The notes under the pieces: model-generated
Told to the model about the DNA's origin: nothing
Database searches by the model: none
Seen by the model: only the letters and a program-made list of their open reading frames with translations
Assembly (NCBI GenBank): GCA_963766075.1
Contig: CAVYAN010000111.1
Span: forward strand, 1-24,536
Source of the DNA: an uncultured cyanobacterium
GTDB lineage: Bacteria > Cyanobacteriota > Cyanobacteriia > Leptolyngbyales > Leptolyngbyaceae
DNA: 24,536 nucleotides
Reading direction: 5' to 3'
Shown here: in pieces, positions 10,743 to 20,793 of the stretch
Numbering within the stretch: position 1 is the first letter of the stretch
How the letters are laid out: the number at the start of each line of letters is the position of its first letter
Position numbers and translations under genes: made by a program

Positions 10743-10885
10743 CGAAACGGTGGTTTGAAGCCACATCCAACTGGACTGAAGGAGACTAAGTGCGGGTGTC
10801 TTTTTTGGCCCCGCACTGTCTGACTTCACCCCCTAACTTTTCTTTTTTATCTCCTCCTTTAAGAAAATAAAAAATTAGGTTCAGT

Positions 10886-12181
10886 ATGAATATTGCAGTC
10901 GTTGGGCTCAGTCATAAAACGGCTCCGGTGGAAGTGCGGGAAAAACTGAGCATTCCGGAGCCCCAGGTTGAACAGGCGATTGCCAAGCTCTGTAGCTTTC
11001 CCCACATTGAAGAAGTTTCTATTTTAAGCACCTGCAATCGCCTAGAAATCTACGTGGTCACCAGTGAAACCGAACACGGGATGCGCGAAGTGGGTCAGTT
11101 TCTCTCGGACCACAGCAAATTTCCCGTACAGTCCCTACGGCCCTATCTGTTTACGCTGCTGCACCAGGATGCAGTCATGCATTTGATGCGGGTGGCCTCT
11201 GGGCTAGACAGTTTGGTGCTAGGAGAAGGCCAAATTCTGGCCCAGGTGAAGCATTGCCACAAGCTGGGGCAACAGCATAATGGCGTGGGCCGAATTTTGA
11301 ATCAGCTTTTGAAGCAAAGTCTTGCCGCTGGCAAGCGCGTGCGGACTGAAACCAGCATTGGCACGGGGGCGGTATCTATTAGTTCGGCGGCGGTGGAGTT
11401 GGCCCAGATGAAGGTGCCCACCCTAGCCAACCAGCGGATTGTGATCTTGGGAGCGGGCAAGATGTCGCGGCTGCTGGTGCAGCATTTGGTTTCCAAGGGA
11501 GCCAATGATATCACCGTGCTGAATAGGACGTTAGACCGGGCCCAGGAACTCTCCAATCAGTTTCCCGAGGCCCATTTGAAATTGCAGTTGATGACGGAAA
11601 TGCTGCCTGCCGTAGCGCACGCCAATATCGTATTCACAGGCACTTCGGCGACGCAACCTTTGCTAGACCGGAGCAATCTGGAAACGGTGCTCGATCCCAA
11701 TCAATCGCTGATGCTAATTGATATTGCTGTTCCCCGCAACGTGGATGCCGATGTGAATGACTTGGCCCATGTGCGCGCGTTTAATGTGGATGATCTGAAG
11801 GCCGTGGTGGCTCAGAATCAACAGGCGCGGCGGCAAATGGCCATGGAGGCAGAGGCGCTGCTGGAAGAAGAGGTGGATGCTTTTGACGCCTGGTGGCGAT
11901 CGCTGGAAACCGTCTCCACCATCAGCAGTCTCCGGGACAAAGTGGAAACCATTCGCGTCCAGGAATTGGAGAAGGCGCTTTCCCGGTTGGGCAGCGAGTT
12001 TGGCGACAAGCACCAGGATATTATTGAGGCCCTGACGCGCGGCATTGTCAACAAAATCCTCCACGACCCTATGGTGCAACTGCGGGCTCAGCAGGATATC
12101 GAAGCGCGCAAGCAGGCCATGGAAACCCTCTGTACCTTATTTAATCTAGAAACCACTGCGTCCAAAAAACAGTTTAGCTAG
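10886..12181 (+). CDS. hemA: Glutamyl-tRNA reductase
   Basis: [52 protein letters not shown]. Confidence 0.98.
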   Translation: MNIAVVGLSHKTAPVEVREKLSIPEPQVEQAIAKLCSFPHIEEVSILSTCNRLEIYVVTSETEHGMREVGQFLSDHSKFPVQSLRPYLFTLLHQDAVMHLMRVASGLDSLVLGEGQILAQVKHCHKLGQQHNGVGRILNQLLKQSLAAGKRVRTETSIGTGAVSISSAAVELAQMKVPTLANQRIVILGAGKMSRLLVQHLVSKGANDITVLNRTLDRAQELSNQFPEAHLKLQLMTEMLPAVAHANIVFTGTSATQPLLDRSNLETVLDPNQSLMLIDIAVPRNVDADVNDLAHVRAFNVDDLKAVVAQNQQARRQMAMEAEALLEEEVDAFDAWWRSLETVSTISSLRDKVETIRVQELEKALSRLGSEFGDKHQDIIEALTRGIVNKILHDPMVQLRAQQDIEARKQAMETLCTLFNLETTASKKQFS

Positions 12182-12238
12182 GGGACGGTTTGCCCTTGTG
12201 GATAATTCTTTCTATCAGCGGTTCAGCACGGCTTTTTT

Positions 12239-13072
12239 ATGACGTTATCCTGGCACTCCGTTCAGTCCTACGAAGACATCTGCTATCACAAAGCCGAGGG
12301 CATCGCCAAAATCACGATTAACCGTCCCCATAAGCGCAATGCTTTTCGTCCGAAAACGGTTGTGGAGCTTTATGCCGCCTTTGCCGACGCCCGAGAAGAT
12401 CCGGCGATCGGGGTAGTTTTGCTGACGGGTGCGGGACCCCACACGGACGGAAAATACGCCTTTTGCTCGGGGGGCGACCAAAGTGTCCGGGGCGAGGGCG
12501 GCTATGTGGATGAGCAGGGCATTCCCCGACTAAACGTGCTGGATTTGCAGCGGCTCATTCGGTCTATGCCCAAGGTGGTGATTGCGCTAGTAGCGGGCTA
12601 TGCGATCGGGGGTGGGCATGTATTGCATATGCTGTGTGACCTGACGATCGCAGCGGACAACGCCATCTTTGGCCAAACGGGACCCAAGGTGGGCAGTTTT
12701 GACGGTGGCTTTGGGGCGAGCTATATGGCCCGGATTGTGGGGCAGAAGAAGGCGCGGGAAATTTGGTTTCTCTGTCGCCAGTATGACGCCCAAGCGGCAC
12801 TGGATATGGGTTTGGTCAATACGGTGGTGCCCGTAGACCAACTGGAAGCCGAAGGGATCCAGTGGGCGCGGGAAATCTTGGAAAAAAGCCCGATCGCCAT
12901 TCGCTGTCTCAAGGCCGCATTGAACGCCGACTGCGATGGGCAAGCCGGATTACAGGAACTGGCGGGCAACGCGACCCTGTTGTACTACATGACAGCGGAA
13001 GGGGCAGAAGGCAAACAGGCGTTTCTAGAGAAGCGATCGCCGGACTTCAGCCAATATCCTTGGTTACCCTAA
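12239..13072 (+). CDS. menB: 1,4-dihydroxy-2-naphthoyl-CoA synthase
   Basis: [41 protein letters not shown]. Confidence 0.98.
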   Translation: MTLSWHSVQSYEDICYHKAEGIAKITINRPHKRNAFRPKTVVELYAAFADAREDPAIGVVLLTGAGPHTDGKYAFCSGGDQSVRGEGGYVDEQGIPRLNVLDLQRLIRSMPKVVIALVAGYAIGGGHVLHMLCDLTIAADNAIFGQTGPKVGSFDGGFGASYMARIVGQKKAREIWFLCRQYDAQAALDMGLVNTVVPVDQLEAEGIQWAREILEKSPIAIRCLKAALNADCDGQAGLQELAGNATLLYYMTAEGAEGKQAFLEKRSPDFSQYPWLP

Positions 13073-13098
13073 TCCAATTCTTCCTCATTCAAACCCGT

Positions 13099-13416
13099 CT
13101 AGAGCCGTTTAGTCGCCATTTCTGGCATGGCCGTCGCCCCCTTGGGGATCGCCATCCGCCGTCGCGCCGTGACCGCCGCGATTTCTGTGACGACTTCAGC
13201 ATCGGGGACTGGATGCAACGCCGGGGATGCCGTCTGCCACATCACCATGCCATCAAACTGCCAATCCGTTGCAAACGGGGGGATCGCTAGTGCGCAGGCT
13301 TTCCAGCTACTTTGCACATCCACATTGAGCATCTGGCAAGATCCGCCGCGTCGCCCTTCTGGAACGTAATGGCGACAATGACGGCAGGAGGGAACGGGGG
13401 CAGCACAGGGGTTCAT
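13099..13416 (-). CDS. Small Cys-rich conserved cyanobacterial hypothetical protein
   Basis: CRHCRHYxPEGRRGGxC..VQSSWKAC..PPF motif with four Cys. AT-rich upstream region. Confidence 0.75.
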   Translation of the reverse strand: MNPCAAPVPSCRHCRHYVPEGRRGGSCQMLNVDVQSSWKACALAIPPFATDWQFDGMVMWQTASPALHPVPDAEVVTEIAAVTARRRMAIPKGATAMPEMATKRL

Positions 13417-14090
13417 AAGGGTCTAAAAATTCGATAGCTTGTTATTTACTTATTCTGAACGATGAATTTTTTCGGTTGAGGCGCGATCGCGGTCTGTAAA
13501 GGGGATGAGTGGCTTGATTGGAGCGATCCCCAAGAAAAAAGAGGTTTAGATTGTTTTCGGATTTGATAAAAATTGCAGAAGAATCTCAGATGAATCTACG
13601 TATTTATACGTGAAAACGGTCATTAATCCGGCTGAAAGGGATAAGGGATCAACTGGAACATTAAACGGAGCTACATCAAAACTTTATGAAAAGCTTTATG
13701 AAAAATCATCCAAATTCTATTGAATCGATCAGGCTCTAGTTTTGGTGAGTCCGATCTGAAGAATTCACTAGACTTAATATTGCGAGTTCAAACCAGGCCC
13801 CAACTTAATATCTCGATATTTAAGTCTTAAGAAAGGGCTTAAAGAACGCGCTGCTTCAAATTGCCCCCCTGTGACACTCAAATTCACAGAAGGTAGAAGA
13901 CAGAAGGTCAAACGTTTCAGGAGAGCAGGCCATTCAAGCGTTGGTGGCTGGGAAATTATTATTCCCACCGAGACCGCACCAAAGTATCAGGCAGGCACTA
14001 GGCCCGCACTCTACCGATGGCTGTGTCACTCTGGCACAGCCCAGGATGCATCGGTGTGATCTCGATCGAGGGCTGACTATGATCTAAAAT

Positions 14091-14669
14091 CTAGGGCTGG
14101 CGATCGCCCATGGCTTTGGCAGCGCAGAGCGAGCAGATGCCCCAGCGCTCTAGCTCACCGGGGGGCGTGGGACACTGGCATTGAGAACATTGGACCAAGT
14201 GTTGCGTGCGCGATCGCATCAGGGTTTGCCAGCGCGAAAACGCCTGATTGGCATCCAGAGGATCGGGAGTTGGAGCAGACCGCGTCAGGTTTAATGCCCC
14301 CTCGATCCGGCTAGGGTGCTGGTGCCACAGTTGCATTCGAGGATCAGACTGCGACCCGGAGATCGCGGCGGCTGAACGATGCCACTGCGCCGTGGAAAAC
14401 CGAATATCTGTTAAAGAAAGCGCTAGGACGGTATTGAGCTTGGCGAGAATGCGTTGCCGTTCAAAGACTAAGTTTTGGGCCCAGGCAGCACTGGCCGTCG
14501 CGACACTCAACACACCCCGCTGAATGGCAATGGGCCGGGTTTGCAACGCTACATGTTCTCCCACAATCTCCCCCCAGTGCCGCAACAACTGCTGATGTTG
14601 CTGGCGCTCTGGCGTCGTGTATTGCTGCTCAAGATGGCCAAGGACACCGCCAAGGGACTGGAAAGGCAT
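14091..14669 (-). CDS. DUF721/DciA family protein with C-terminal Zn ribbon
   Basis: WGEIVG..TRPIAI..LSVATASAAWAQNL..DIRFS. C-terminal CSQCQCPTPPGELERWGICSLC. Confidence 0.88.
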   Translation of the reverse strand: MPFQSLGGVLGHLEQQYTTPERQQHQQLLRHWGEIVGEHVALQTRPIAIQRGVLSVATASAAWAQNLVFERQRILAKLNTVLALSLTDIRFSTAQWHRSAAAISGSQSDPRMQLWHQHPSRIEGALNLTRSAPTPDPLDANQAFSRWQTLMRSRTQHLVQCSQCQCPTPPGELERWGICSLCAAKAMGDRQP

Positions 14670-14909
14670 GGGAAAGGAGAAGAAGGAGGATTAAAAATTG
14701 CGTCACTTCACTCAAAAGAGTGTATAACTTTGCTCAATTCTTTGTTCAAGTCGTTGCAGATCGGTGATACTAGACCGGCCAGCGTTGGGCCAGGACTTGT
14801 TAGGCCAGAACCTGCTGCGTTGGATAGGGTGCATCGGTTTATTGCACGTCTCAGTCTATTGCCTGAGACCTCATTAATATAATAATTGCGTTTGTTTAGG
14901 AGTTGCTCC

Positions 14910-16321
14910 ATGCGTCAAGCCTCTACCGTCGAACCCCTGTCCTGCACTGCTCAGGCATTGCCCCTGGGCCTGCAACAGGCATTGGCGCACTTGGACATCC
15001 AGATCGAGGAAGAATTGGCCCGGTATCGCCGCCAGCGCCGCCAGTCCATGGGCACGTCGCCAGCCCATTCACGGGGGGCTGCATCCTTGCCATCATCAAC
15101 CCCCAAGACCTTGGACTTGATTGCGATTCCAGCCCTAGGGGGACGGACCAATCCATTGCCCCAGGAGTCCGCGATCGCCTCAGAGTCGCGATCGCATCCG
15201 ATGGCGGAGAGATCTGGGACAGTGGGGAACTGTTAAGTCTAGCCGCACCTGCATCCCTGACGGGGGCTTCTGCCCTGTCCGGAACCGCTACTCAGGTCGG
15301 GACACCCGATCGGATTGGGCCCGATCAGATTGCACCTGATCAGATTGAGCAGTCTACCTCGATTCAGGTGAGCGGTATTCCGTCTGAACCCACACATCTA
15401 GATGATTACCTCGAATCCTCTGAAGCGCTGTTGCAAAGTCTGGCGACAGAAGAGGCCCAAGTCCGGGCAGAGAAAGGCTTTATGAAGAGTCTGGTCACGC
15501 CTCTGGGCATCGGCTCAATGCTGTTGCTGTTGCTGTCTAGCTCGTTATTTGGCTATGTGCTGATGAATCCCGGAAACTTGACGGAACTGTTGGGTTTTCG
15601 GCACGATCAGTTGCCCCAGCCCACGACTAGCAATTCCCAGCCACCCGCATCGAGTCAGTCAGTTTTATCGCCCTTGGAACCAAATTTGGCAGCCCAGGAA
15701 TTTAAAGATCTCAATATTAATACCCTGGGGAGCCTCAAGCTGCATGGGAACGCCCTGCGATCGCCTGTACTGCCCAGTCCTCTGATCGTGCCCACAGGGC
15801 AGCCCCTCGGAGCGGTGGGGCAGGGTGGGGTCCCGGGCAAAGTTGCCGCGCCCGGACCGGGGGGGGCTTCAGCCCGGGTGTCCCCAGGGCCTTTCGGCGC
15901 AGCGGTAGTAGTGCCCCAACCCCGCGCCGCCTATGCTCCCCCAACTGTGTCGCTTTACAGTCCGCCGCAACCGGCCCGACGTCCGTCATCGACTGCGCCT
16001 AAATCGGCCCCTCGTTCCCTTCCGGTTGCGCCCAGAGCCGTGCCTAAGCCGATCGCGGAAATCGCCCCCGTCGCCAGCCCTAGCGTCAGCCCAACGTCAG
16101 CCGGTGGATCGGCTGGCCGTACCGTCGTGGTGCCCTATACCAATGATCGCGATCTGGATGCAGCACAGCGGGTTGATCCCAATGCCCATATGGACAGTAG
16201 CTTTAGCGATGGCATTACCCGCATTAATGCCGGGACCTATGGGAGCGAAGCTGCGGCCAAGGCCCGGGTTGAGGAACTCCAGCGGCAAGGGGTCAATGCG
16301 GAGGTGCGTGAGACGCGGTAG
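14910..16321 (+). CDS. Membrane-anchored Pro-rich protein with C-terminal SPOR-like domain (frameshifted near 15187)
   Basis: AGGAG plus ATG at 14910. N-terminal LDIQIEEELARYRRQR is in one frame. DYLESSEALL, the TM segment GIGSMLLLLLSS and the SPOR-like INAGTYGSEAAAKARVEELQRQGVNAEV are in another. The frames join by restoring one C in a GAGTC(C)GCGATCGC tandem duplication. Confidence 0.75.
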
Positions 16322-16410
16322 TCACGCAGCAAGGCGGAAGAGGGATGCGAGGATAAGGGGATTCAGGTAGTATTGAGGGGACGCCTTCCTATGCATTTGC
16401 GGAGCGAGCT

Positions 16411-17115
16411 ATGGGATTGTTTGACCGGATCTGGCGGCTCATTCGGGCGAATCTGAATGATCTGGTGAGTAAAGCAGAAGATCCAGAAAAGATTCTGGAG
16501 CAGACGGTTCTGGATATGCAAGAGGATCTGATCCAGATGCGGCAAGCTGTGGCCCAGGCGATCGCCACCGAAAAGCGCACAGAGCGGCAATGTTCCCAGG
16601 CGGGATCCACCGCAGATGAGTGGTATCGGCGGGCGCAGTTGGCGTTGCAGAAGGGAGATGACACGTTAGCGCGGGAAGCCCTGACCCGGCGCAAGTCCTA
16701 CCAGGATACGGCGGATGCGATGAAGGCGCAGTTGGCCCAGCAAACCGTGGTGGTGACCCAACTGAAGCAAAATATGATGAAGCTAGAAGGCAAGATTTCC
16801 GAAGCCCGCACCAAGAAGGATCTCTTGATTGCCAAGGCGCGATCGGCCCAGGCTTCTCAGCAAATTAATGAAATGCTCGGGCGGACAACCACCGGCGGAG
16901 CCATGCAAGCCTTTGAACGGATGGAAGAAAAGGTGCTGCAATTGGAGGCCCAATCCGAAGCTGTGGCCGATTTGGGCATGGATGATTTAGAGCGGCGGAT
17001 TGCTTCCCTGGGGGAAGCGGATGATGTGGAAGCAGAACTGGCGGCCCTGAAGCAGCAAATGGTTGGCGGTAGTGGTTCGGTGCAGCAATTGCCTCAGGGC
17101 GAGACGTTGAATTAG
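16411..17115 (+). CDS. pspA: PspA/IM30 (Vipp1-family) protein
   Basis: MGLFDR..RANLNDLVSKAEDPEKILEQ, AQLALQKGDD.LAREAL, AFERMEEKV. At 234 aa it lacks the full Vipp1 C-terminal extra helix. Confidence 0.9.
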   Translation: MGLFDRIWRLIRANLNDLVSKAEDPEKILEQTVLDMQEDLIQMRQAVAQAIATEKRTERQCSQAGSTADEWYRRAQLALQKGDDTLAREALTRRKSYQDTADAMKAQLAQQTVVVTQLKQNMMKLEGKISEARTKKDLLIAKARSAQASQQINEMLGRTTTGGAMQAFERMEEKVLQLEAQSEAVADLGMDDLERRIASLGEADDVEAELAALKQQMVGGSGSVQQLPQGETLN

Positions 17116-17199
17116 GGACTTCCATGAAAATAAGGCGATTTCCAAGAAATAATATACCCACTGGGTAATCGATCCGCTGGCTACCCTGCGGGAAGTGAA

Positions 17200-17311
17200 C
17201 TACGACTCCGCTCAGCCAGCGGCAGATTGCTCAATACCACTTCGCTCAGCTACCCCAAAAATTGCTCCCTTCGACTCCGCTCAGGGAGCAATCTGGGTGG
17301 AGTCGAAGGGA
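17200..17311. repeat. Cluster of CTTCGACTCCGCTCAG-type palindromic (REP-like) repeats
   Basis: Direct copies at 17200, 17234 and 17269, and an inverted copy CTGGGTGGAGTCGAAGGGA at 17293-17311. Confidence 0.75.
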
Positions 17312-17685
17312 CGCTCTAGCGGGGGGGCATCTTGGCTCTGGCGAGTGTGCATCCGCAATAGGCTAGTAATGATGTACAGGTTATTTTTCACCTGATGGTG
17401 CAGGGCCAGTTCGGCGATCCGCAGCTTTTCCTCCAGTTCGGCATTCCGGGCTTGGAGAGCTGCTATTTGGGGGTGAGCGGCTTGGGGGTGAGAGAATAAA
17501 GCAGGGGATTCGGGGCCGGATGCTCCCGGTGTCGGTGGCTCGGAGGCGGGCGGGGTGGTCCGTTTCCACAGTATAAAAGAGACGACATTAAACCAGAGGT
17601 CACTCCGGTCCACTGTCAAATTTACGTGGTAGGTTGTTTGGGATGCTCTAGACCATTGAGTGAGCCAATTCTTGAAGAGCACCAT
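17281..17685 (-). pseudogene. Truncated HisKA_2-type histidine kinase fragment (H-box only)
   Basis: Coiled coil followed by LHHQVKNNLYIITSLL, matching the HHRVKNNLQ.ISSLL consensus. The ORF ends inside the repeat cluster and has no ATPase domain. Confidence 0.6.
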
Positions 17686-17981
17686 ACTTGAAGATCACCA
17701 TGGAGTATTGGGTACACATTAAGACAGAAATGGGCGGCAATGACTGTAATCTTTTGCAGTCATTACTTTGCAGTCACTACTTTGCCATCGTTACCGCAAT
17801 GCGCGGCTTCTTGCAGTGGCCATGATAGCAAACGGTAAAGAAATTTCGGCGATCGCCCACAGGGCCATACCATAAATTACTTTTCTGGGACAATGAAGAT
17901 GAAACAGGCTTGACCGCTAGTTTCTAGAAAGCAGGATAGTCAGTAAATTTCTGGAACGCTGGTTGGCAGGCAGGTTGATCC

Positions 17982-19069
17982 ATGAAGACCGTTTTGATTG
18001 TTGAAGATGATGTCGTCATGGGGGCATTGATTCAGAATTACCTGGAGGCAAAGGGGTTCCACAGTCAGGTGGCTCACAGTGGGGAATCTGGCGTGCAGAT
18101 GAGCCAAGAGGCTTTGCCCGATTTGGTTCTGTGTGACTGTGCAATTGCCCGGTATTAGCGGCTATGAGGCGTCGCAGACGCTACGACAAACCTCAGCCAC
18201 CGCGACGATACCGTTTATTTTTCTGACGGGGAAGGTATCCAATGCCGATCGCCTGTTGAGGGATGGAACTGGGAGCCGATGATTATTTAACCAAGCCCTT
18301 TAGTCCTGAGGATTTACTGCGGGCGGTGAATTCTCGCTTGGAAAAGCACGCCATGGCACAGGCCCTGCAACAGCAGCAGATGGATAGTTTGCGCCACAGC
18401 ATTGCGTTGTCGCTGCCCCACGAATTGCGCACTCCGATTACCAGCATTTTGACGGCGGCGGAACTGCTGCGCTATACGGCCAATGAGCCGCCCCAGGTGC
18501 TCGAGATCGCCGATACGATTCAGTCGGCGACCGAGCGACTACACGCATTGGTCAAGAATTTTTTGCTCTACGCCGATTTGGAAGTGGCGGCCCATGATCC
18601 CAACCGGGTCCAACCCCTCCCGCAATACCCGCTGGACGATCCGGCGGCCCTGATTGCGATCGCCGCGACCCAAATCGTTCAACGTCAGGACCGATTAGCA
18701 GACTTGCAGTTGGACCTGCACAACGCGGCGATCGCCCTGCCCGAAACCGTCCTCCTCAAAATCCTCGATCGGCTGCTGGATAACGCCTGCAAATTTTCTG
18801 CCGCTGGCACGCCGATCCAAATCCGCAGCCACCTAACCGCCAAAGGGTTCCTGCTCCAAATCACTGACTATGGGCGGGGCATGACTCCGGAGCAGATTGC
18901 GCAGAAGGGGGCCTATATGCAATTCAATCGCCGCCTCTATGAACAGCAGGGGACGGGCTTGGGGCTGATCATCGTCCAGCATCTCGTGGAACTCCACGGG
19001 GGCACACTGAACATTCATAGCGCGCCCGGGAAACGCACCACGGTGCAGGTATTCTGCCCGATGCCCTGA
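17982..19069 (+). CDS. Hybrid response regulator / histidine kinase (REC-HisKA-HATPase_c), two frameshifts
   Basis: MKTVLIVEDD..PDLVLCD, then after +1 VQLPGISGYE..IPFIFLTGK, then after +1 MELGADDYLTKPF..LPHELRTP..LLDNACKFS..DYGRGM..GTGLGL. Shifts near 18138 and 18260. Confidence 0.85.
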
Positions 19070-19152
19070 AGGATTGGACAATCTACTCTGCCCCCTTGGG
19101 CAATGTTACAGTGAAGGCCACGGTGCGGAAAAATCCAGTTTTTGATAGGTCT

Positions 19153-19887
19153 ATGGCGTCTGTTGTTGTGGAATTTGAGGGAGTGGGGTTTGCGGTGGCG
19201 GGGCGATCGCTGCTGCAAAACCTGAGCTTTAGTATCACCTCGGGTGAGGCGTTGGTGCTGCTGGGGCGGAGTGGTTCGGGCAAAACCACGACGATGAAGC
19301 TGGTGAATCGGTTGCTGCTCCCCACCCAGGGACAGGTGCGGGTGCAGGGCCAAGCCACAACGGCGTGGGATGCCATTCAACTGCGGCGACAAATTGGCTA
19401 TGTGATTCAGGAAACGGGGCTGTTTCCTCATTTCACGGTTGAGCGCAATGTGGGGGTGGTGCCGACGTTGCAGGGTTGGCCTGCCAAGCGCGTGAAGGCG
19501 CGGGCCCAGGAGCTCTTGCAGTTGGTGGGCTTGGATCCGGCCTATTTTGGCGATCGCTACCCGCATCAACTGTCGGGGGGGCAACGGCAGCGGGTAGGGG
19601 TGGCACGGGCGTTGGCGGTGGATCCACCGATTCTGTTGATGGATGAGCCGTTTGGGGCGTTGGATCCAATTACGCGGCTGGAGTTGCAGCAAGAATTCCA
19701 CCGCTTGCAGCAGGAGTTGGGCAAAACGGTGGTGTTTGTTACCCACGATATTCAGGAAGCCTTTGGACTGGCGTCGCGGATTGGGCTGATGCAGGCGGGC
19801 GAGCTGGTGTTTTTGGGCACGGCGGCGGAATTTCGGCGATTGCCCCTGCCGGAGGCGCAGGCTTTTTTACGGACGTTGTCGGGATAG
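19153..19887 (+). CDS. Osmoprotectant (glycine betaine/proline/choline)-type ABC transporter ATP-binding subunit
   Basis: Walker A GRSGSGKT, LRRQIGYVIQETGLFPH, LSGGQRQRVGVARALA, LMDEPFGALDPITR, VTHD. Confidence 0.92.
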   Translation: MASVVVEFEGVGFAVAGRSLLQNLSFSITSGEALVLLGRSGSGKTTTMKLVNRLLLPTQGQVRVQGQATTAWDAIQLRRQIGYVIQETGLFPHFTVERNVGVVPTLQGWPAKRVKARAQELLQLVGLDPAYFGDRYPHQLSGGQRQRVGVARALAVDPPILLMDEPFGALDPITRLELQQEFHRLQQELGKTVVFVTHDIQEAFGLASRIGLMQAGELVFLGTAAEFRRLPLPEAQAFLRTLSG

Positions 19888-19959
19888 CTTGGGCAGAAGA
19901 CAGGGGGCAAAAGACAGGGAGTAGGAGGCCACGGGTATGGGCAGGTTGCAGGTGGGAAG

Positions 19960-20590
19960 ATGAAGGATTTCTTTTTGGTGCGCTATGGGCCGGAAATTTG
20001 GCAGCATACGGGGGAGCATTTGCTGCTGGTGGGGGTGGCGATCGCCTTGGCGACGCTGATCGGCATCCCAGTGGGGATTTTGATTACCCGCCAAACGTTC
20101 TGGCGGCAACCGGTGCTGGCGATCGCCAATATTTTGCAAACGATTCCCAGTCTGGCCCTATTTGGCTTACTGATTCCGGTGCCGGTGATTGGCGGAATTG
20201 GTCCGGTGCCGGCGATCGTGGCCCTGACGCTCTATTCGTTTCTGCCGATTATTCGCAATACCTACACGGGAATTACGGGCATTGATCCGGCGATCTCGGG
20301 AGGTGGGTCGGGGCATGGGCATGACGGACTGGCAGTTGTTAACTCAAGTGGAAATTCCGTTGGCGATTCCGGTGATTTTGTCGGGCGTGCGGGTGGCGAC
20401 GGTGATTGCTATTGGCATTGCGACGATTGCAGCGGCCATTGGGGCGGGAGGCTTGGGGGTCTTTATTTTTCGGGGCATTGCCGTGGTGAATAATCAATTG
20501 CTGCTGGCAGGGGCGGTGCCTGCGGCGGCGATTGCCCTCGCAGCGGACTATGGCATTGGGTGGCTAGAACGCCGCTGGCAGCGATTTTAG
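19960..20590 (+). CDS. Osmoprotectant-type ABC permease (ProW/OpuBB-like), frameshifted near 20295
   Basis: [23 protein letters not shown] in frame 1. [36 protein letters not shown] follows after a +1 shift. Confidence 0.88.
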
Positions 20591-20670
20591 GCAGGCAGCG
20601 GGTTAGGGGCCATCCAGGGGATGGCTTTGCACGGGGATAGCTTAGGGGCGTGCATGCCCCCTGGCTCGCT

Positions 20671-20715
20671 CCTGCACCCCAAAACGGACTCTCGGCCAAA
20701 CGGTCTTATTTCTCC
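20671..20715. repeat. Direct repeat copy A (matches 22066-22109)
   Basis: CCTGCACCCCAAAACGGACTCTCGGCCAAACGGTCTTATTTCTCC versus CCTGCACCC-AAAACCCTCTCTCGGCCCAACCGTCTTATTTCTCC; 39/45 identical by hand alignment. Confidence 0.85.
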
Positions 20716-20793
20716 TAAGCAGACATCCGTGACGATGTGCTTTGAGATGACAAAACCGATGCGCTTTGAGACGGCAAAGCCAAGCGTGAGACT

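Noticed and set aside
17200..17311. Mini-CRISPR reading of the 34-35 nt periodic repeats
   Set aside because: Repeats are degenerate, include an inverted copy and have short related spacers, which is consistent with a REP-like cluster.
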